64,000 bases of DNA from Bacteroidales bacterium (GTDB lineage: Bacteria; Bacteroidota; Bacteroidia; Bacteroidales; UBA12481): contig JBAZTE010000019.1 of assembly GCA_041662065.1 (NCBI GenBank), forward strand, positions 13,631-77,630. The letters run 5' to 3'. Of the stretch, positions 9,724-20,527 are shown in pieces (position 1 is the stretch's first letter; the number at the start of each line of letters is the position of its first letter). Below the pieces are notes generated by a model. It was not told the DNA's origin and ran no database searches. It saw only the letters and a program-made list of their open reading frames with translations. Position numbers and translations under genes: made by a program.

Positions 9724-10657
9724 CCCCCCTCAACCACACCTCCTGCCCCACCCTTAGCTGTGTTCCAGTCTTCATCCTGTTACGTTTATACAGCCACTTT
9801 AATTTGATTCCATATAACTGCGAAATCGAATACATGCTTTCACCTTTTTCCACCGTATGGAAAGTATACCCCGATTCCGCCTTGGTGCGCTTGGGCTGGA
9901 GGTAAATCAGCTGTCCGGGCTCCACCTCCAGGTTCCTCGGAATTTCGTTGTACTTCCTTATTTCCCACCGGAGCAGGTTCAGCTCCCTGCTCAGCGATTT
10001 GATATTATCACCCGGCCGGACTATGAAATAGTCGATCCGGTTTCGGTGAAATACTTTACCCTCCCGGGCAACGGCACCGGGGATGCCATGTGTAGCCGAT
10101 TTGCCGGCTAATGAATTCATCGGTACTGCCAGCGGAGGCATGTCATCAAGCAGGTAAAGCTTATAATCTTCGACCAGTTTGATGAGGATCGGTGCATACT
10201 TCGGATTGGTGGCATAACCGGCCTTTTTGAGTCCGTGGGCCCAGGCGACATAATCGGTTGGGCCAAGTTTAAAAAGTTCGGCATACCGGGGCCTGGACAT
10301 CAGGAAATTCGAATGGTCACGATACGACTGGGCGACCGAGTCATACATCCGGAAACAAGTATTATTGTCATCATCCTGGTAGGTGTAAGTTCTCCCGTAC
10401 CAGCCGGTCTGGCATTTAATTCCAAAATGATTGTTGGCGTTCACAGCCAGTTCACTGGTTCCATATCTTGATTCATGCAATGCCTGGGCCATCGTTATGC
10501 TTGCCGGGATTTTACTGTAGTACATTTCGGCAATGGCAACCTGTGAGTATTTGGCGATATAATTCCAGTAAGCAGAATCGGCTTGAGAAAGTGAGGCAAC
10601 TGACTGAATAACAAGCATCAGTACTAACAAGAGGCGAACAGGTTTTCGAAACGGCAT
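9710..10657 (-). CDS. Secreted glucosaminidase-domain peptidoglycan hydrolase with two LysM domains
   Basis: A signal peptide is followed by AQALHESRYGTSELA...NHFGIK (glucosaminidase-like). Two C-terminal LysM-like modules read YFIVRPGDNIKSLSREL and FHTVEKGESMYSISQLYG. Confidence 0.8.
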   Translation of the reverse strand: MPFRKPVRLLLVLMLVIQSVASLSQADSAYWNYIAKYSQVAIAEMYYSKIPASITMAQALHESRYGTSELAVNANNHFGIKCQTGWYGRTYTYQDDDNNTCFRMYDSVAQSYRDHSNFLMSRPRYAELFKLGPTDYVAWAHGLKKAGYATNPKYAPILIKLVEDYKLYLLDDMPPLAVPMNSLAGKSATHGIPGAVAREGKVFHRNRIDYFIVRPGDNIKSLSRELNLLRWEIRKYNEIPRNLEVEPGQLIYLQPKRTKAESGYTFHTVEKGESMYSISQLYGIKLKWLYKRNRMKTGTQLRVGQEVWLRGVSRH

Positions 10658-10693
10658 TCTTCAATTTTATTTGGGTCCCAATATAACCAAAAT

Positions 10694-10721
10694 GTAGAGA
10701 CAGATAATTATCTGTCTCTAC
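10694..10721. promoter_or_regulatory. Perfect 28-bp palindrome in a divergent promoter region
   Basis: GTAGAGACAGATAATTATCTGTCTCTAC equals its own reverse complement. It lies 37 nt upstream of the glucosaminidase ATG. Confidence 0.6.
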
Positions 10722-10796
10722 ACGCCCCCCTGCATGATGAACGGTGGCCCCTTCGCATGATGTATGTTACCTTTTCCGGACCCGGAAATTATTTTG

Positions 10797-10804
10797 TATT
10801 TTTG
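10797..10804 (+). promoter_or_regulatory. Bacteroidota-type -7 box (TATTTTTG) upstream of cdd
   Basis: This is an exact TAnnTTTG match 16 nt upstream of ATG 10820. Confidence 0.45.
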
Positions 10805-10819
10805 AGCAAATTGAAATCC

Positions 10820-11290
10820 ATGCAATCAAAGGAAATCCTGGTTCCCTACGATGAATTTACCGGTTCGGAAACACTCGACCCCGGTGTAGCCCGATTAATC
10901 AGAAAAGCGGAATTAGCCGCTGACCATGCATATGCCCCCTACTCCGGTTTTCATGTGGGCGTTACAATAGAACTTACTGATGGTCAGGTATTCACGGCCA
11001 ATAATCAGGAAAACAGCGCCTATCCTTCCGGTTTGTGTGCTGAACGTGTAGGCCTGTTTTTCGTACAGGCAAATTATCCGGAAACTGCAATCAAAAGATT
11101 GATTTTGGTGGCTAAACAAAACGGCCGGCTGACTGATGAACCGGTATACCCCTGCGGTGCCTGCCGCCAGGTCATGGTTGAATCCGTGAAACGCCAGACG
11201 GTTCCGTTTGAAATCTGGATGGTCGGAAGAGATAGGCTATTACGGGTTGACTCCCCCGACTATTTACTTCCCCTCAAATTTATTCTCTGA
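10820..11290 (+). CDS. cdd: Cytidine deaminase
   Basis: The zinc ligand motifs CAERV and PCGACRQV are present. The start is placed at ATG 10820, downstream of the -7 box. Confidence 0.85.
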   Translation: MQSKEILVPYDEFTGSETLDPGVARLIRKAELAADHAYAPYSGFHVGVTIELTDGQVFTANNQENSAYPSGLCAERVGLFFVQANYPETAIKRLILVAKQNGRLTDEPVYPCGACRQVMVESVKRQTVPFEIWMVGRDRLLRVDSPDYLLPLKFIL

Positions 11291-11976
11291 CGGACCGGTG
11301 TATCTGTTTGTGCCAGAAACTCCATCCAAAGCTGATCCTGAGGCGGTTCAGCAATGATTTCGATCTCGGCTTTCGTCACCGGGTGACAAAACCGGATTCG
11401 CCGGGCATGCAAATGAATTCCTCCATCCGGATTCGATCTGGCAAAACCATATTTCAGATCACCTTTGATCGGGCAACCGATCTTTGCCAGTTGGCAGCGG
11501 ATCTGATGATGACGGCCGGTCTGCAGGTCAACTTCGAGCAAATAGAAACTATTTGTTGTACCCACCAATTTATAGGTCAGGCGGGCTTCCTTGGCACTGC
11601 CCTTCGGTTTGGGGTAAGCATAGCTTTTATTGGTTTTCTCATCTTTCTTCAGATAATGCACCAGTTCACCCGTTTCGTTTTCGGGCCTGTTTTTCACTAC
11701 CGCCCAATAGGTTTTCTTCACCTCATGATCTTTGAACTGCTGATTCATGCGCGCTAAAGCCTTACTGGTCCTGGCAAAAATCACCGCTCCGGTCACCGGC
11801 CTGTCGAGCCGATGCACTACCCCGAGAAAAACATCGCCCGGCTTCTTATATTTTCTCTTGATATAGGCTTTCACCCGGTCGCCCAAAACCTCATCACCCG
11901 TATCATCCGACTGCACCAGATCCGCCACCTGCTTATTAATGACTATCAGATGATTATCCTCAAATAATATATCCAT
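11260..11976 (-). CDS. RluA-family pseudouridine synthase
   Basis: The catalytic motif HRLDRPVTG is present, and the N-terminus ILFEDNHLIVINK is typical. Confidence 0.85.
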   Translation of the reverse strand: MDILFEDNHLIVINKQVADLVQSDDTGDEVLGDRVKAYIKRKYKKPGDVFLGVVHRLDRPVTGAVIFARTSKALARMNQQFKDHEVKKTYWAVVKNRPENETGELVHYLKKDEKTNKSYAYPKPKGSAKEARLTYKLVGTTNSFYLLEVDLQTGRHHQIRCQLAKIGCPIKGDLKYGFARSNPDGGIHLHARRIRFCHPVTKAEIEIIAEPPQDQLWMEFLAQTDTPVRQRINLRGSK

Positions 11977-12017
11977 ATTCCCCTATCCTCTCAATTTCTT
12001 ACAACTAACAGCACTTC

Positions 12018-12833
12018 TTAATACTGTTCTTTCTCGTTCGGAAAATCCATTTTCTTCACGTCGTCGATATAAACCGAAACTGCTCCTTTGATTTCCTCGA
12101 ACAGGTTATGATACCTTCTGAGGAACCGTGGTGAGAAATCCTGGGTGATTCCGAGCATATCATGCAAAACAAGTACCTGTCCGTCACATTGTCCGCCAGC
12201 GCCGATTCCAATGGTCGGAATCTTGATTGATTCCGTCACCCGTCCGGCCAAAGCGGCAGGGATCTTCTCCAAAACGATGGAAAAGCATCCGGTTTCCTCA
12301 AGCAGCTGGGCATCGTGCATCAATTTCTCGGCCTCGGCATCTTCCTTAGCCCGAACGACATACGTCCCGAACTTATGGATGGATTGCGGAGTCAGTCCCA
12401 AGTGGCCCATCACTGGTATTCCGGCTGTCAGTATCCGCTCAACCGACTCAGCAATTTCGGCGCCACCTTCAAGTTTGACACCGCCGGCGCCAGTTTCCTT
12501 CATGATTCGGATGGCTGACTGAAGGGCCTCCTTGGAATTGCCCTGATATGTGCCAAAAGGCATATCCACAATGACCAGGGCACGTGAGATGCCCCTCACA
12601 ACGGAAGCACCGTGGTATATCATCTGGTCGAGTGTAATCGGGAGGGTGGTTTCATAACCGGCCATTACATTAGAAGCGGAATCCCCAACTAAAACCACAT
12701 CGATCTCGGTGCTGTCCAAAATCCTGGCAATTGAAAAATCATAGGCCGTGATCATGGCTATTTTATCACCCCTCATCTTCATTTCCTGAAGAACGTGAGT
12801 CGTAACCCTTTTTATCTGCTGATGAACTGACAT
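12018..12833 (-). CDS. panB: 3-methyl-2-oxobutanoate hydroxymethyltransferase
   Basis: MITAYDF...LVGDSASNV...VKLEGG matches the PanB pattern at full length. Confidence 0.9.
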   Translation of the reverse strand: MSVHQQIKRVTTHVLQEMKMRGDKIAMITAYDFSIARILDSTEIDVVLVGDSASNVMAGYETTLPITLDQMIYHGASVVRGISRALVIVDMPFGTYQGNSKEALQSAIRIMKETGAGGVKLEGGAEIAESVERILTAGIPVMGHLGLTPQSIHKFGTYVVRAKEDAEAEKLMHDAQLLEETGCFSIVLEKIPAALAGRVTESIKIPTIGIGAGGQCDGQVLVLHDMLGITQDFSPRFLRRYHNLFEEIKGAVSVYIDDVKKMDFPNEKEQY

Positions 12834-12885
12834 TTTGAGCGGCTTAATTATTCAGTGAATTCAGTATTTTTACTTCAGCAAAGGT

Positions 12886-13911
12886 ATGATTATTTTGAGC
12901 ATACGCCGGACCATAGCATTTTCGGTTATTTTGGCGGGACTGGGTTCCTGCAGTAACGACATTGAGGTGATGGCACCCTATAAAGCCATCCCGGTTGTTT
13001 ACTGCATACTGAACCAGAACGATTCCACGCACTATGTGAGGCTGGAAAAATCTTTTATGGGGGCGGCAGATGCCTATGAAATGGCTCGGGAAACAGACTC
13101 CATCTATTATCCGGAGGCCAGTGTTTTTCTGGAAAGATGGGCAGACGGTCAACGAAAAGAGCAGTTGGTTATGGAACGCAACATATATCCGGTGAGGGAC
13201 AGCGGAATTTTCTCCAATAATCCCAATTATGTTTATTCTTCAACGACTAAGCTCAAGAGTAACAGCGAATACCGGCTGAATATCCTGGTCCCTTCGATCA
13301 ACACGGCAATCAGTGCCGTGACTCATACGGTCAGCGAATTCAAGATCATCAGGCCCGAAGCCTATAAAAAGAACCTTGCCTTTTCGAGCTACGATAATTA
13401 TCAGACACTTGAGTGGATTTCAGCGCCTTATACCCGTATTTATCATCTGGTGATCCGGTTTCATTATCTTGAAGTGACCCACCAGGATACCGTCAACAAA
13501 ACGGCCGACTGGAATATCGGGGATTATATCTCCCAATTTGGCAGTGGTGGTGAAGTAATGACAGCCGATATTCTGCAACGCAACTTTTACAAGTGGCTGG
13601 GAAATAAACTTGTAAAACCGGCCGCCGATGTTCAGCGCCTGGCCAACAAAAAGGCAATCGATTTTATTTTCACCGTTGGCGGCGAAGAGCTGTTTACCTA
13701 TATGGAAGTTTACAAGGCGGATAACGGCATTTTGAAGGAAAAACCCGTCTTCACCAATATTGTCAATGGTATCGGCCTGTTTTCATCACGATATGAGCAG
13801 TCGGTCGCCGGAAAATCCTTATCGGATCATTCCATTGACTCGATCGCCTACGGCATGTATACCAAAAACCTGCAATTCGCCGACAGCCAGAACGACTACT
13901 ATTATAACTGA
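12886..13911 (+). CDS. Hypothetical lipoprotein, paralog of 51433-52443
   Basis: The lipobox reads LAGLGSC. The N-terminal block [18 protein letters not shown] aligns with PVVYCLLDPADSIQYIRL in the paralog, and the lengths are similar. Confidence 0.5.
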   Translation: MIILSIRRTIAFSVILAGLGSCSNDIEVMAPYKAIPVVYCILNQNDSTHYVRLEKSFMGAADAYEMARETDSIYYPEASVFLERWADGQRKEQLVMERNIYPVRDSGIFSNNPNYVYSSTTKLKSNSEYRLNILVPSINTAISAVTHTVSEFKIIRPEAYKKNLAFSSYDNYQTLEWISAPYTRIYHLVIRFHYLEVTHQDTVNKTADWNIGDYISQFGSGGEVMTADILQRNFYKWLGNKLVKPAADVQRLANKKAIDFIFTVGGEELFTYMEVYKADNGILKEKPVFTNIVNGIGLFSSRYEQSVAGKSLSDHSIDSIAYGMYTKNLQFADSQNDYYYN

Positions 13912-14003
13912 TTCCAGCTCAGTTTCTGTCGTTTTGTCACAGTTACCCGATTGGCACAATGCTTGAACAAAAGGGAAAACTAATAATTGATATCCCTACA
14001 ACC

Positions 14004-15920
14004 ATGGGTAAAATAATAGGAATAGATCTCGGAACCACCAATTCGTGTGTGGCCGTAATGGAAGGGAATGAACCAGTAGTTATTCCCAACAGCGAAGGTA
14101 AAAGAACCACGCCTTCTGTGGTAGGCTTTATTGAAAATGGCGAACGCAAGGTTGGCGATCCTGCTAAAAGACAGGCTATTACCAATCCTACTAAAACCAT
14201 TTCCTCCATTAAAAGGTTTATGGGTGAAAAGTATACCAGTCTCGATAAAGAGATCCGGCGGGTACCCTTTCATGTGCAGCAGGGTGAAAATGACACACCA
14301 CGTGTAGTGATTGACGATCGCAAATATTCCCCTCAGGAAATATCAGCCATGGTTCTTCAAAAGATGAAGAAAACCGCTGAAGACTATCTGGGACAGGAAG
14401 TTACCGATGCGGTTATTACCGTACCGGCGTATTTCAACGATTCACAGCGCCAGGCAACCAAGGAAGCAGGCGAGATAGCCGGTCTCAATGTGCGCAGGAT
14501 CATCAATGAACCAACTGCTGCAGCTCTGGCATACGGACTGGACAAGAAGGGCAAAGACATGACCGTTGCGGTATTCGACCTCGGCGGCGGTACTTTTGAT
14601 ATTTCCATCCTGGATTTGGGTGATGGAGTTTTTGAAGTTAAATCAACCAACGGTGACACCCACCTTGGTGGTGATGATTTCGACCAGATGGTTATCGACT
14701 GGCTTGCAGAAGATTTCCTGAAAGAAGAAGGCCTTGATCTTCGCAAAGATCCGATGGCACTTCAAAGATTAAAGGAAGCTGCAGAAAAAGCTAAAATTGA
14801 GCTTTCCAGCTCCACCTCAACGGAAATCAACCTTCCGTATATCATGCCGGTGAACGGTATTCCGAAACATCTCGTTAAAACCCTCACCCGTGCTAAATTC
14901 GAGCAGCTGTGCGACAAGTTGATTCAGTCGACCGTCGAACCCTGCCGGAAGGCCCTCAAGGATGCCGGTATTACCACGGCCAAGATTGATGAGGTTATCC
15001 TCGTAGGCGGATCGACGCGTATTCCGGCCATTCAGAAAATCGTGGAAGATTTCTTCGGGAAAGCCCCGTCAAAAGGAGTCAACCCGGACGAGGTTGTTGC
15101 CGTTGGTGCCGCAATTCAGGGCGGTGTCCTGAGTGGCGAAGTTCACGATGTGTTGCTCCTCGATGTCACTCCGTTATCCTTGGGGATCGAAACCCTTGGC
15201 GGTGTTTTCACCAAGCTCATCGAATCGAATACCACCATCCCGACAAAGAAAACCGAAACATTTACCACTGCAGCTGACAGTCAGCCATCAGTGGAAATCC
15301 ATATCCTGCAGGGTGAACGAACAATGGCAGCACAGAACCGCACCATTGGCCGTTTCCATCTCGACGGGCTGCCGCCGGCACCAAGAGGGATTCCGCAGAT
15401 TGAAGTCACTTTTGATATCGATGCCAACGGTATCCTTCATGTATCCGCCAAAGACAAAGGAACCGGACGCGAGCAGAAAATCCGCATTGAAGCCTCTTCG
15501 GGATTAACCGATGCTGAAATCAAGCGGATGAGGGATGAGGCTCAGCAATTTGCTGATGATGATAAAAAAGCCCGCGAAAGAATTGACAAACTCAATCATG
15601 CTGACACGTTGATTTTCCAGACGGAAAAACAGCTGAAAGAATTTGGCGACAAACTCCCTGCTGATAAACGTCCGAAAATTGAAGATGCCCTTGCTAAGCT
15701 TAAGGAAGCTCATAAAGCTCAGGATATTGATGCCATTGATAAAGCAACTGCCGAACTCAATATGGTTTTCCAGGCCGCCTCCGAAGAAATGTACAAGCAG
15801 GGTCAGCAAGCCGGACCCGATCCGGGTGCCGAGCAGCAGCAGGGCCCGGGAGCCGATCAGGGAGCTGACAAAGCTAAAGATCAGGACGTTACAGATGTTG
15901 ATTTTGAAGAAGTAAAATAA
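14004..15920 (+). CDS. dnaK: Chaperone DnaK (Hsp70)
   Basis: [22 protein letters not shown] and an acidic C-terminal tail are present. The start is set at the conserved MGKIIGID. Confidence 0.97.
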   Translation: MGKIIGIDLGTTNSCVAVMEGNEPVVIPNSEGKRTTPSVVGFIENGERKVGDPAKRQAITNPTKTISSIKRFMGEKYTSLDKEIRRVPFHVQQGENDTPRVVIDDRKYSPQEISAMVLQKMKKTAEDYLGQEVTDAVITVPAYFNDSQRQATKEAGEIAGLNVRRIINEPTAAALAYGLDKKGKDMTVAVFDLGGGTFDISILDLGDGVFEVKSTNGDTHLGGDDFDQMVIDWLAEDFLKEEGLDLRKDPMALQRLKEAAEKAKIELSSSTSTEINLPYIMPVNGIPKHLVKTLTRAKFEQLCDKLIQSTVEPCRKALKDAGITTAKIDEVILVGGSTRIPAIQKIVEDFFGKAPSKGVNPDEVVAVGAAIQGGVLSGEVHDVLLLDVTPLSLGIETLGGVFTKLIESNTTIPTKKTETFTTAADSQPSVEIHILQGERTMAAQNRTIGRFHLDGLPPAPRGIPQIEVTFDIDANGILHVSAKDKGTGREQKIRIEASSGLTDAEIKRMRDEAQQFADDDKKARERIDKLNHADTLIFQTEKQLKEFGDKLPADKRPKIEDALAKLKEAHKAQDIDAIDKATAELNMVFQAASEEMYKQGQQAGPDPGAEQQQGPGADQGADKAKDQDVTDVDFEEVK

Positions 15921-15925
15921 ATCCT

Positions 15926-15958
15926 GAACACCGGAACTTTTTTGAAGGTCCGGTGTTC
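15926..15958 (+). terminator. Hairpin after dnaK (10-bp stem, no clear U-tract)
   Basis: The stem GAACACCGGA pairs with TCCGGTGTTC across a 13-nt loop. Confidence 0.5.
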
Positions 15959-15984
15959 AAAACACAAATTTAAAATTATAGACT

Positions 15985-16617
15985 ATGGATACCTTAATAG
16001 GAAAGAAAGCACCCCTGTTCTCGGCCGATGCAGTGATCAGCGGCAACGATTTTACCGAAGGATTTTCGCTTGAGCAGTACATCGGGAAAAAAGACGTCGT
16101 ATTCTTCTTTTATCCTCTTGATTTCACCTTCGTTTGCCCAACCGAACTGATTGCATTTCAGGAGAAACTGGCTGAATTCGACAAGCGTGGTGTAGCAGTA
16201 GTGGCCTGTTCGGTGGATTCGAAATATTCACACTGGGCCTGGTTGAACACCGAGCTTAAGAATGGCGGGATAAAGGGAGTGAAATACCCTATTGTTGCTG
16301 ATCTGACAAAGACCATTGCTTACAATTACGGCGTTTTGGCCGGGGATTACGATTATGATGAAGACGGAAACCTGGCTTTCAACGGAGTTGCCCAGGCATT
16401 CCGGGGTCTGTTCCTGATTGATAAAAAAGGGGTGATCCGTCACAGCGTGGTTAACGACTTCCCATTGGGACGCAGCGTGGATGAAGCATTGCGCATGGTT
16501 GACGCCCTCCATCATTTTGAAGAATATGGGGAGGTTTGTCCTGCCAACTGGCACCAGGGTGACAAAGCCATGAAAGAAACCGCTGAAAGCGTAGCAGCCT
16601 ATCTGGGTTCAAAATAA
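15985..16617 (+). CDS. 2-Cys peroxiredoxin (AhpC/Tsa family)
   Basis: The peroxidatic Cys motif is FTFVCPTE and the resolving Cys lies in EVCPANW. Confidence 0.9.
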   Translation: MDTLIGKKAPLFSADAVISGNDFTEGFSLEQYIGKKDVVFFFYPLDFTFVCPTELIAFQEKLAEFDKRGVAVVACSVDSKYSHWAWLNTELKNGGIKGVKYPIVADLTKTIAYNYGVLAGDYDYDEDGNLAFNGVAQAFRGLFLIDKKGVIRHSVVNDFPLGRSVDEALRMVDALHHFEEYGEVCPANWHQGDKAMKETAESVAAYLGSK

Positions 16618-16649
16618 GAACTTAAAGCATCAATTGAAATAATCTTGGC

Positions 16650-16690
16650 AAGGGTTGCGTTCAAATGAGCGCAACCCTTTGTATTTTTGT
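16650..16690 (+). terminator. Rho-independent terminator after the peroxiredoxin gene
   Basis: The 10-bp stem AAGGGTTGCG / CGCAACCCTT is followed by TGTATTTTTGT. Confidence 0.75.
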
Positions 16691-17500
16691 ATGGAATCTC
16701 GTTTTATGTGTAAATTACTTATCATCCTGATGTTTGTGTTCAGCTTGCCGCTGAAAGGGCAAAATGATACCCTTAACCGTCTGAACAGCCGTGGAGAAAA
16801 AACCGGTTACTGGATATCCTATGACCAGAACAGGGCAAAGATTTATGAAGGGTTTTTCAAGGATGGAAAGCCTGCCGGCAAGCTAATCCGCTTTCATCCC
16901 AACGGCAAAACCCGTGCGGAATTGAACTATTTGACCGACGGACTTCAGGTGGAAGCTAGGTTATTTGATACAGACGGAAGACTGAGGGCAGAAGGAACCT
17001 ATCAGAATCAATTAAAAGAAGGACTGTGGTCATTCTATTCTGAAAAAGAGAAGCCCGTTTTCCGCATCAATTATACTGGAGGAAAAGTTCATGGCGAAGC
17101 GCTCCGGTTCGATGCCGAAGGTGAACTCATGGAACAAACCAACTGGGTGAATAACACCATGAACGGCCTTCAGACCATTTTCTTTCCTGACCGGAAACCA
17201 CAGGCAAAAATCACCTACCGGAACGGTGTTATGGATGGTCCCTACCAGTTGCTTTTCGAAAACGGGATACCGGAAGTACAGGGATTTTACGCTGACGGGC
17301 TCAAAACCGGTAAATGGATTTACAATCTTCAGAACGGAAATACAGATTATCAGCTTAATTATAAAAAAGGAAAATTGCTCAATCCCGATATGCTTGATGC
17401 ACGCCAGCGCGAATCATTCGACCGGTATGAAAAGAACCGGAAATTGCTGAAGGATCCGCAGAATTTTCTCAACAATCCTGAGGAATTGATGATCAGATAA
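16691..17500 (+). CDS. MORN-variant repeat protein (YwqK-like)
   Basis: Repeated G-x-W-x-x-Y/F modules are present (GYWISYD, GLWSFYS, GKWIYN). The start must follow the terminator, at ATG 16691 or 16706. Confidence 0.6.
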   Translation: MESRFMCKLLIILMFVFSLPLKGQNDTLNRLNSRGEKTGYWISYDQNRAKIYEGFFKDGKPAGKLIRFHPNGKTRAELNYLTDGLQVEARLFDTDGRLRAEGTYQNQLKEGLWSFYSEKEKPVFRINYTGGKVHGEALRFDAEGELMEQTNWVNNTMNGLQTIFFPDRKPQAKITYRNGVMDGPYQLLFENGIPEVQGFYADGLKTGKWIYNLQNGNTDYQLNYKKGKLLNPDMLDARQRESFDRYEKNRKLLKDPQNFLNNPEELMIR

Positions 17501-17533
17501 GTATATATTCACATACTTTTAAATTAGCCCGAT

Positions 17534-19207
17534 ATGAAAAAAGCAGGTTTGCTGATTATCATGGTTCTCCTGAGCATACAAGCCAGACCGCAAACGGCGC
17601 CGGGAAAATACTGGGTCCAATTCACCGATAAAATAAATACTCCCTTTACCATTAGCCAGCCGGGAGATTTTTTATCCGATCGCGCACTTCAGAGAAGGGC
17701 CAGATATAATATCTCAATCACCGAACAGGATTTGCCGGTTGATCCCGCTTACCCTGATTCTTTGGCAAGAATGGGCGTTACGGTGCTGAACCGGTCGAAA
17801 TGGTTTAATGCAGTGACGATCGCCACCTCAGATACTGCTGTTCTGAGTCAAATCAGGCAATTGAGCTTCGTCAGGCAACTGAAGTCAGTAAGGACGATTA
17901 AAACTTCACAATCGAAAAACGACAAATTCTCATCAGAATTTCTTTCTCTATCGCGATCGACCAACCAGACTGACACTACCGTTTTGCAATATGGGCAAGC
18001 TTCGCGTCAGACGGGCATGCTGAATGGCCATATACTTCACAATCAGGGCTTTCAGGGAGAAGGGATGATTATTGCCATTTTAGATGCCGGTTTTAGAAAT
18101 GCAAATACCAATCATGTGTTCGACAGCCTTTGGATCCATAATCAGGTGCTGGGAAACTGGGATTTTGTCAGCAACAAACCCATGGCTTTTGATGAGCATA
18201 ACCATGGGGCCCAGGTGATGTCAATCATGGGCGGAAACCTGCCCAGCCAGTTTGTCGGGTCAGCGCCGAAAGCATCTTATTTTCTTTTACGTACCGAGGA
18301 TGCCGGATCCGAATATCCTGTCGAGGAAGACAATTGGGTATCAGGAGCTGAATATGCAGACAGTGCCGGTGCGGACCTGATTAATTCTTCCCTTGGGTAT
18401 TCCATTTTTGATAATCCAGCCATGAATCATACGTATGCGGAAATGGATGGAAATACCACCCGCGTAACGATTGCCGCCGATATTGCGTGCAGTAAAGGAA
18501 TACTCGTGGTTTCAAGCGCTGGAAATGAAGGTTCGACCGCCTGGCATTATATAACAGCACCTGCGGATGCTGATAGTATCCTGACCATTGGTGCTGTCGA
18601 CTCATTGGGCCGGTATGCCTATTTCAGTTCGACAGGTCCCACGTATGACCGCCGCATCAAACCTGACGTTTCCGGTCAGGGACTATATACTGCCCTGGTC
18701 AATACCGATGGCAATGTGATACGCGGAAGCGGGACTTCGTTCAGCTCACCCCTGATTTGCGGACTGACCGCCTGTCTGTGGCAGGCCAACCGGTCGCTGA
18801 GCCCGATGGAAATCATCCGGGCCCTTCAGGAGAGCGCCTCACAATCAATTAACCCTGATTCGCTTCTTGGATACGGGTTGCCCAATTTTGGAAAAGCATT
18901 GTTCCTCATCCAGGGGATCGATCCGATAAAACTCGATAGTGAATCACTGTTCCGGGTTTATCCCAATCCGTTTACCGACCGGCTGGTGGTGGATTTCTAT
19001 TCTCATGACCGGCAGGATATTTCGATCGAATTGATGAATTCTGTCGGAACATTATTGTATGTCAAGCCGGTCGAAGTCGGCTATACTTCCATTAACAGAA
19101 TAGAAATCTATGAGTTCGAGAACCTTTCCGATGGTGTATATTTTCTGAGAATAAATACCAAAAAGGCCCGTCATGGTCAGCGGATCGTAAAAATCTCGGG
19201 AAAATAA
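17534..19207 (+). CDS. S8 subtilisin-family serine peptidase with T9SS C-terminal sorting domain
   Basis: The catalytic triad motifs are AILDAGF, HGAQVMS and GTSFSSP. The C-terminal ~85 aa run from VYPNPFTDRLVV to YFLRINT. Confidence 0.85.
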   Translation: MKKAGLLIIMVLLSIQARPQTAPGKYWVQFTDKINTPFTISQPGDFLSDRALQRRARYNISITEQDLPVDPAYPDSLARMGVTVLNRSKWFNAVTIATSDTAVLSQIRQLSFVRQLKSVRTIKTSQSKNDKFSSEFLSLSRSTNQTDTTVLQYGQASRQTGMLNGHILHNQGFQGEGMIIAILDAGFRNANTNHVFDSLWIHNQVLGNWDFVSNKPMAFDEHNHGAQVMSIMGGNLPSQFVGSAPKASYFLLRTEDAGSEYPVEEDNWVSGAEYADSAGADLINSSLGYSIFDNPAMNHTYAEMDGNTTRVTIAADIACSKGILVVSSAGNEGSTAWHYITAPADADSILTIGAVDSLGRYAYFSSTGPTYDRRIKPDVSGQGLYTALVNTDGNVIRGSGTSFSSPLICGLTACLWQANRSLSPMEIIRALQESASQSINPDSLLGYGLPNFGKALFLIQGIDPIKLDSESLFRVYPNPFTDRLVVDFYSHDRQDISIELMNSVGTLLYVKPVEVGYTSINRIEIYEFENLSDGVYFLRINTKKARHGQRIVKISGK

Positions 19208-19217
19208 CATTTCCATC

Positions 19218-20471
19218 ATGGCGGATCAGGAACCCCTGGGACTTTTTGAATTGAACCGGTTGATCCGTCTCAGGATTCAGTCGGGATTTCCGGAACCTTT
19301 ATGGGTCATGGCCGAAATCAGCGATTTTTCAGTCAACCGCAATGGACATTGCTATCTCGAGCTGATCGAAAAGGAAGCGGAGGGTGAAAAGATTCTGGCC
19401 CGCATGAAGGCTACCATCTGGTCTTCCTCCTATCGGGTGCTCAAACCTTTTTTTGAATCCACCACCGGCCAGGAACTCATGCCCGGAATCAAAATCTTGG
19501 TTAGGGCTGATGTCGAGTTTCACGAACTATACTCTATCAGTCTAAATATCAGGGATATTGAACCCACCTTTACCATAGGCGACCTGGCCCGGAAGCGTCA
19601 GATGATTATCAGGCGATTGGAGGAAGCCGGTGTATTTGACATGAACAAGGAACTTGAAATGCCACTGGTTCCTCAGAAAATTGCCATTATATCCTCTGCC
19701 ACAGCGGCCGGCTACGGGGATTTTCAGGACCAGCTTATCAGAAATCAGTCCGGTTACATCTTTTATATGCACCTTTTCCCTGCCGTCATGCAAGGCGAAG
19801 ATACAGCCTCTTCCATTATTCAGGCGCTTGATGATATTGCCGGTTACGGTGACTTTTTTGATACGGTCGTTATCATCCGCGGAGGGGGATCAAAGCTGGA
19901 TCTCAGCAGTTTCGATCATTATGAACTTGGGTTAAACGTGGCCCAGTTCCCATTGCCCGTCATCACCGGTATCGGGCATGAGCAGGATGATTCGATCATT
20001 GACCTGGTGGCTCACACCCGCTGTAAAACTCCCACGGCCGTTGCTGAATTTCTGATCGGGCGGATTGAAGAATTTGAGGTCCGTCTTGATGAAGCGGTGG
20101 GATCTACCGTGGAGATCATCAGTTCATTGCTTACCGGCGAAAAAGCAAGAATTTCCAGGATACTGGAAGGCATGCGCCTGCGGGTGAAAGGTTATACGGA
20201 TTACCGTCACCTGGCTCTCACACAAGTACTTACCCGGTCAAAAACTTCAGTTGCCCAGTATTTCAGGATTAAAAAGGATTCATTGGCGCGGATTGAACAG
20301 ATTTCCATTTTAAAAGATCCGGTCAACATCCTCAAAATGGGATACTCCATTACCTTTAAGAATGGCAAGCCGGTTAAATCAGTCAATCAGGTAATCAGGG
20401 GCGACATTATTGTAACGCAATTAGCTGATGGGCAGATCGGTTCTATTGTAAACAATGAAGTAAAAATTTAG
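19218..20471 (+). CDS. xseA: Exodeoxyribonuclease VII large subunit
   Basis: The N-terminal OB-fold reads GHCYLELIE and the catalytic core reads RGGGSKLDLSSFD and GIGHEQD. Confidence 0.85.
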   Translation: MADQEPLGLFELNRLIRLRIQSGFPEPLWVMAEISDFSVNRNGHCYLELIEKEAEGEKILARMKATIWSSSYRVLKPFFESTTGQELMPGIKILVRADVEFHELYSISLNIRDIEPTFTIGDLARKRQMIIRRLEEAGVFDMNKELEMPLVPQKIAIISSATAAGYGDFQDQLIRNQSGYIFYMHLFPAVMQGEDTASSIIQALDDIAGYGDFFDTVVIIRGGGSKLDLSSFDHYELGLNVAQFPLPVITGIGHEQDDSIIDLVAHTRCKTPTAVAEFLIGRIEEFEVRLDEAVGSTVEIISSLLTGEKARISRILEGMRLRVKGYTDYRHLALTQVLTRSKTSVAQYFRIKKDSLARIEQISILKDPVNILKMGYSITFKNGKPVKSVNQVIRGDIIVTQLADGQIGSIVNNEVKI

Positions 20472-20520
20472 AGATTCGAGGACCAATTTTAAATTTTGAA
20501 ATGAAAGGACCAAGTGACCC
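20471..20520. repeat. Word repeat with core GAGATTCGAGGACCAATT (forward)
   Basis: An identical 18-mer lies at 23897-23914. Reverse-complement copies with 1 mismatch lie at 53018-53035 and 53083-53100. Confidence 0.8.
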
Positions 20521-20527
20521 GCACTAC

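Noticed and set aside
13912-14003. A CIRCE/HrcA operator or a sigma-32 promoter might lie upstream of dnaK.
   Set aside because: No TTAGCACTC-N9-GAGTGCTAA inverted repeat is present. A CTTGAA hexamer exists, but there is no convincing CCCCATNT partner at the right spacing.
13980-14746. Several ORFs lie antisense to dnaK (13980-14273, 14384-14746), and similar shadow ORFs lie opposite ribBA, the TonB receptor and the rSAM/TrxR genes.
   Set aside because: They overlap strongly supported conserved genes, have low-complexity or Arg/Ser/Pro-biased composition, and show no motifs.
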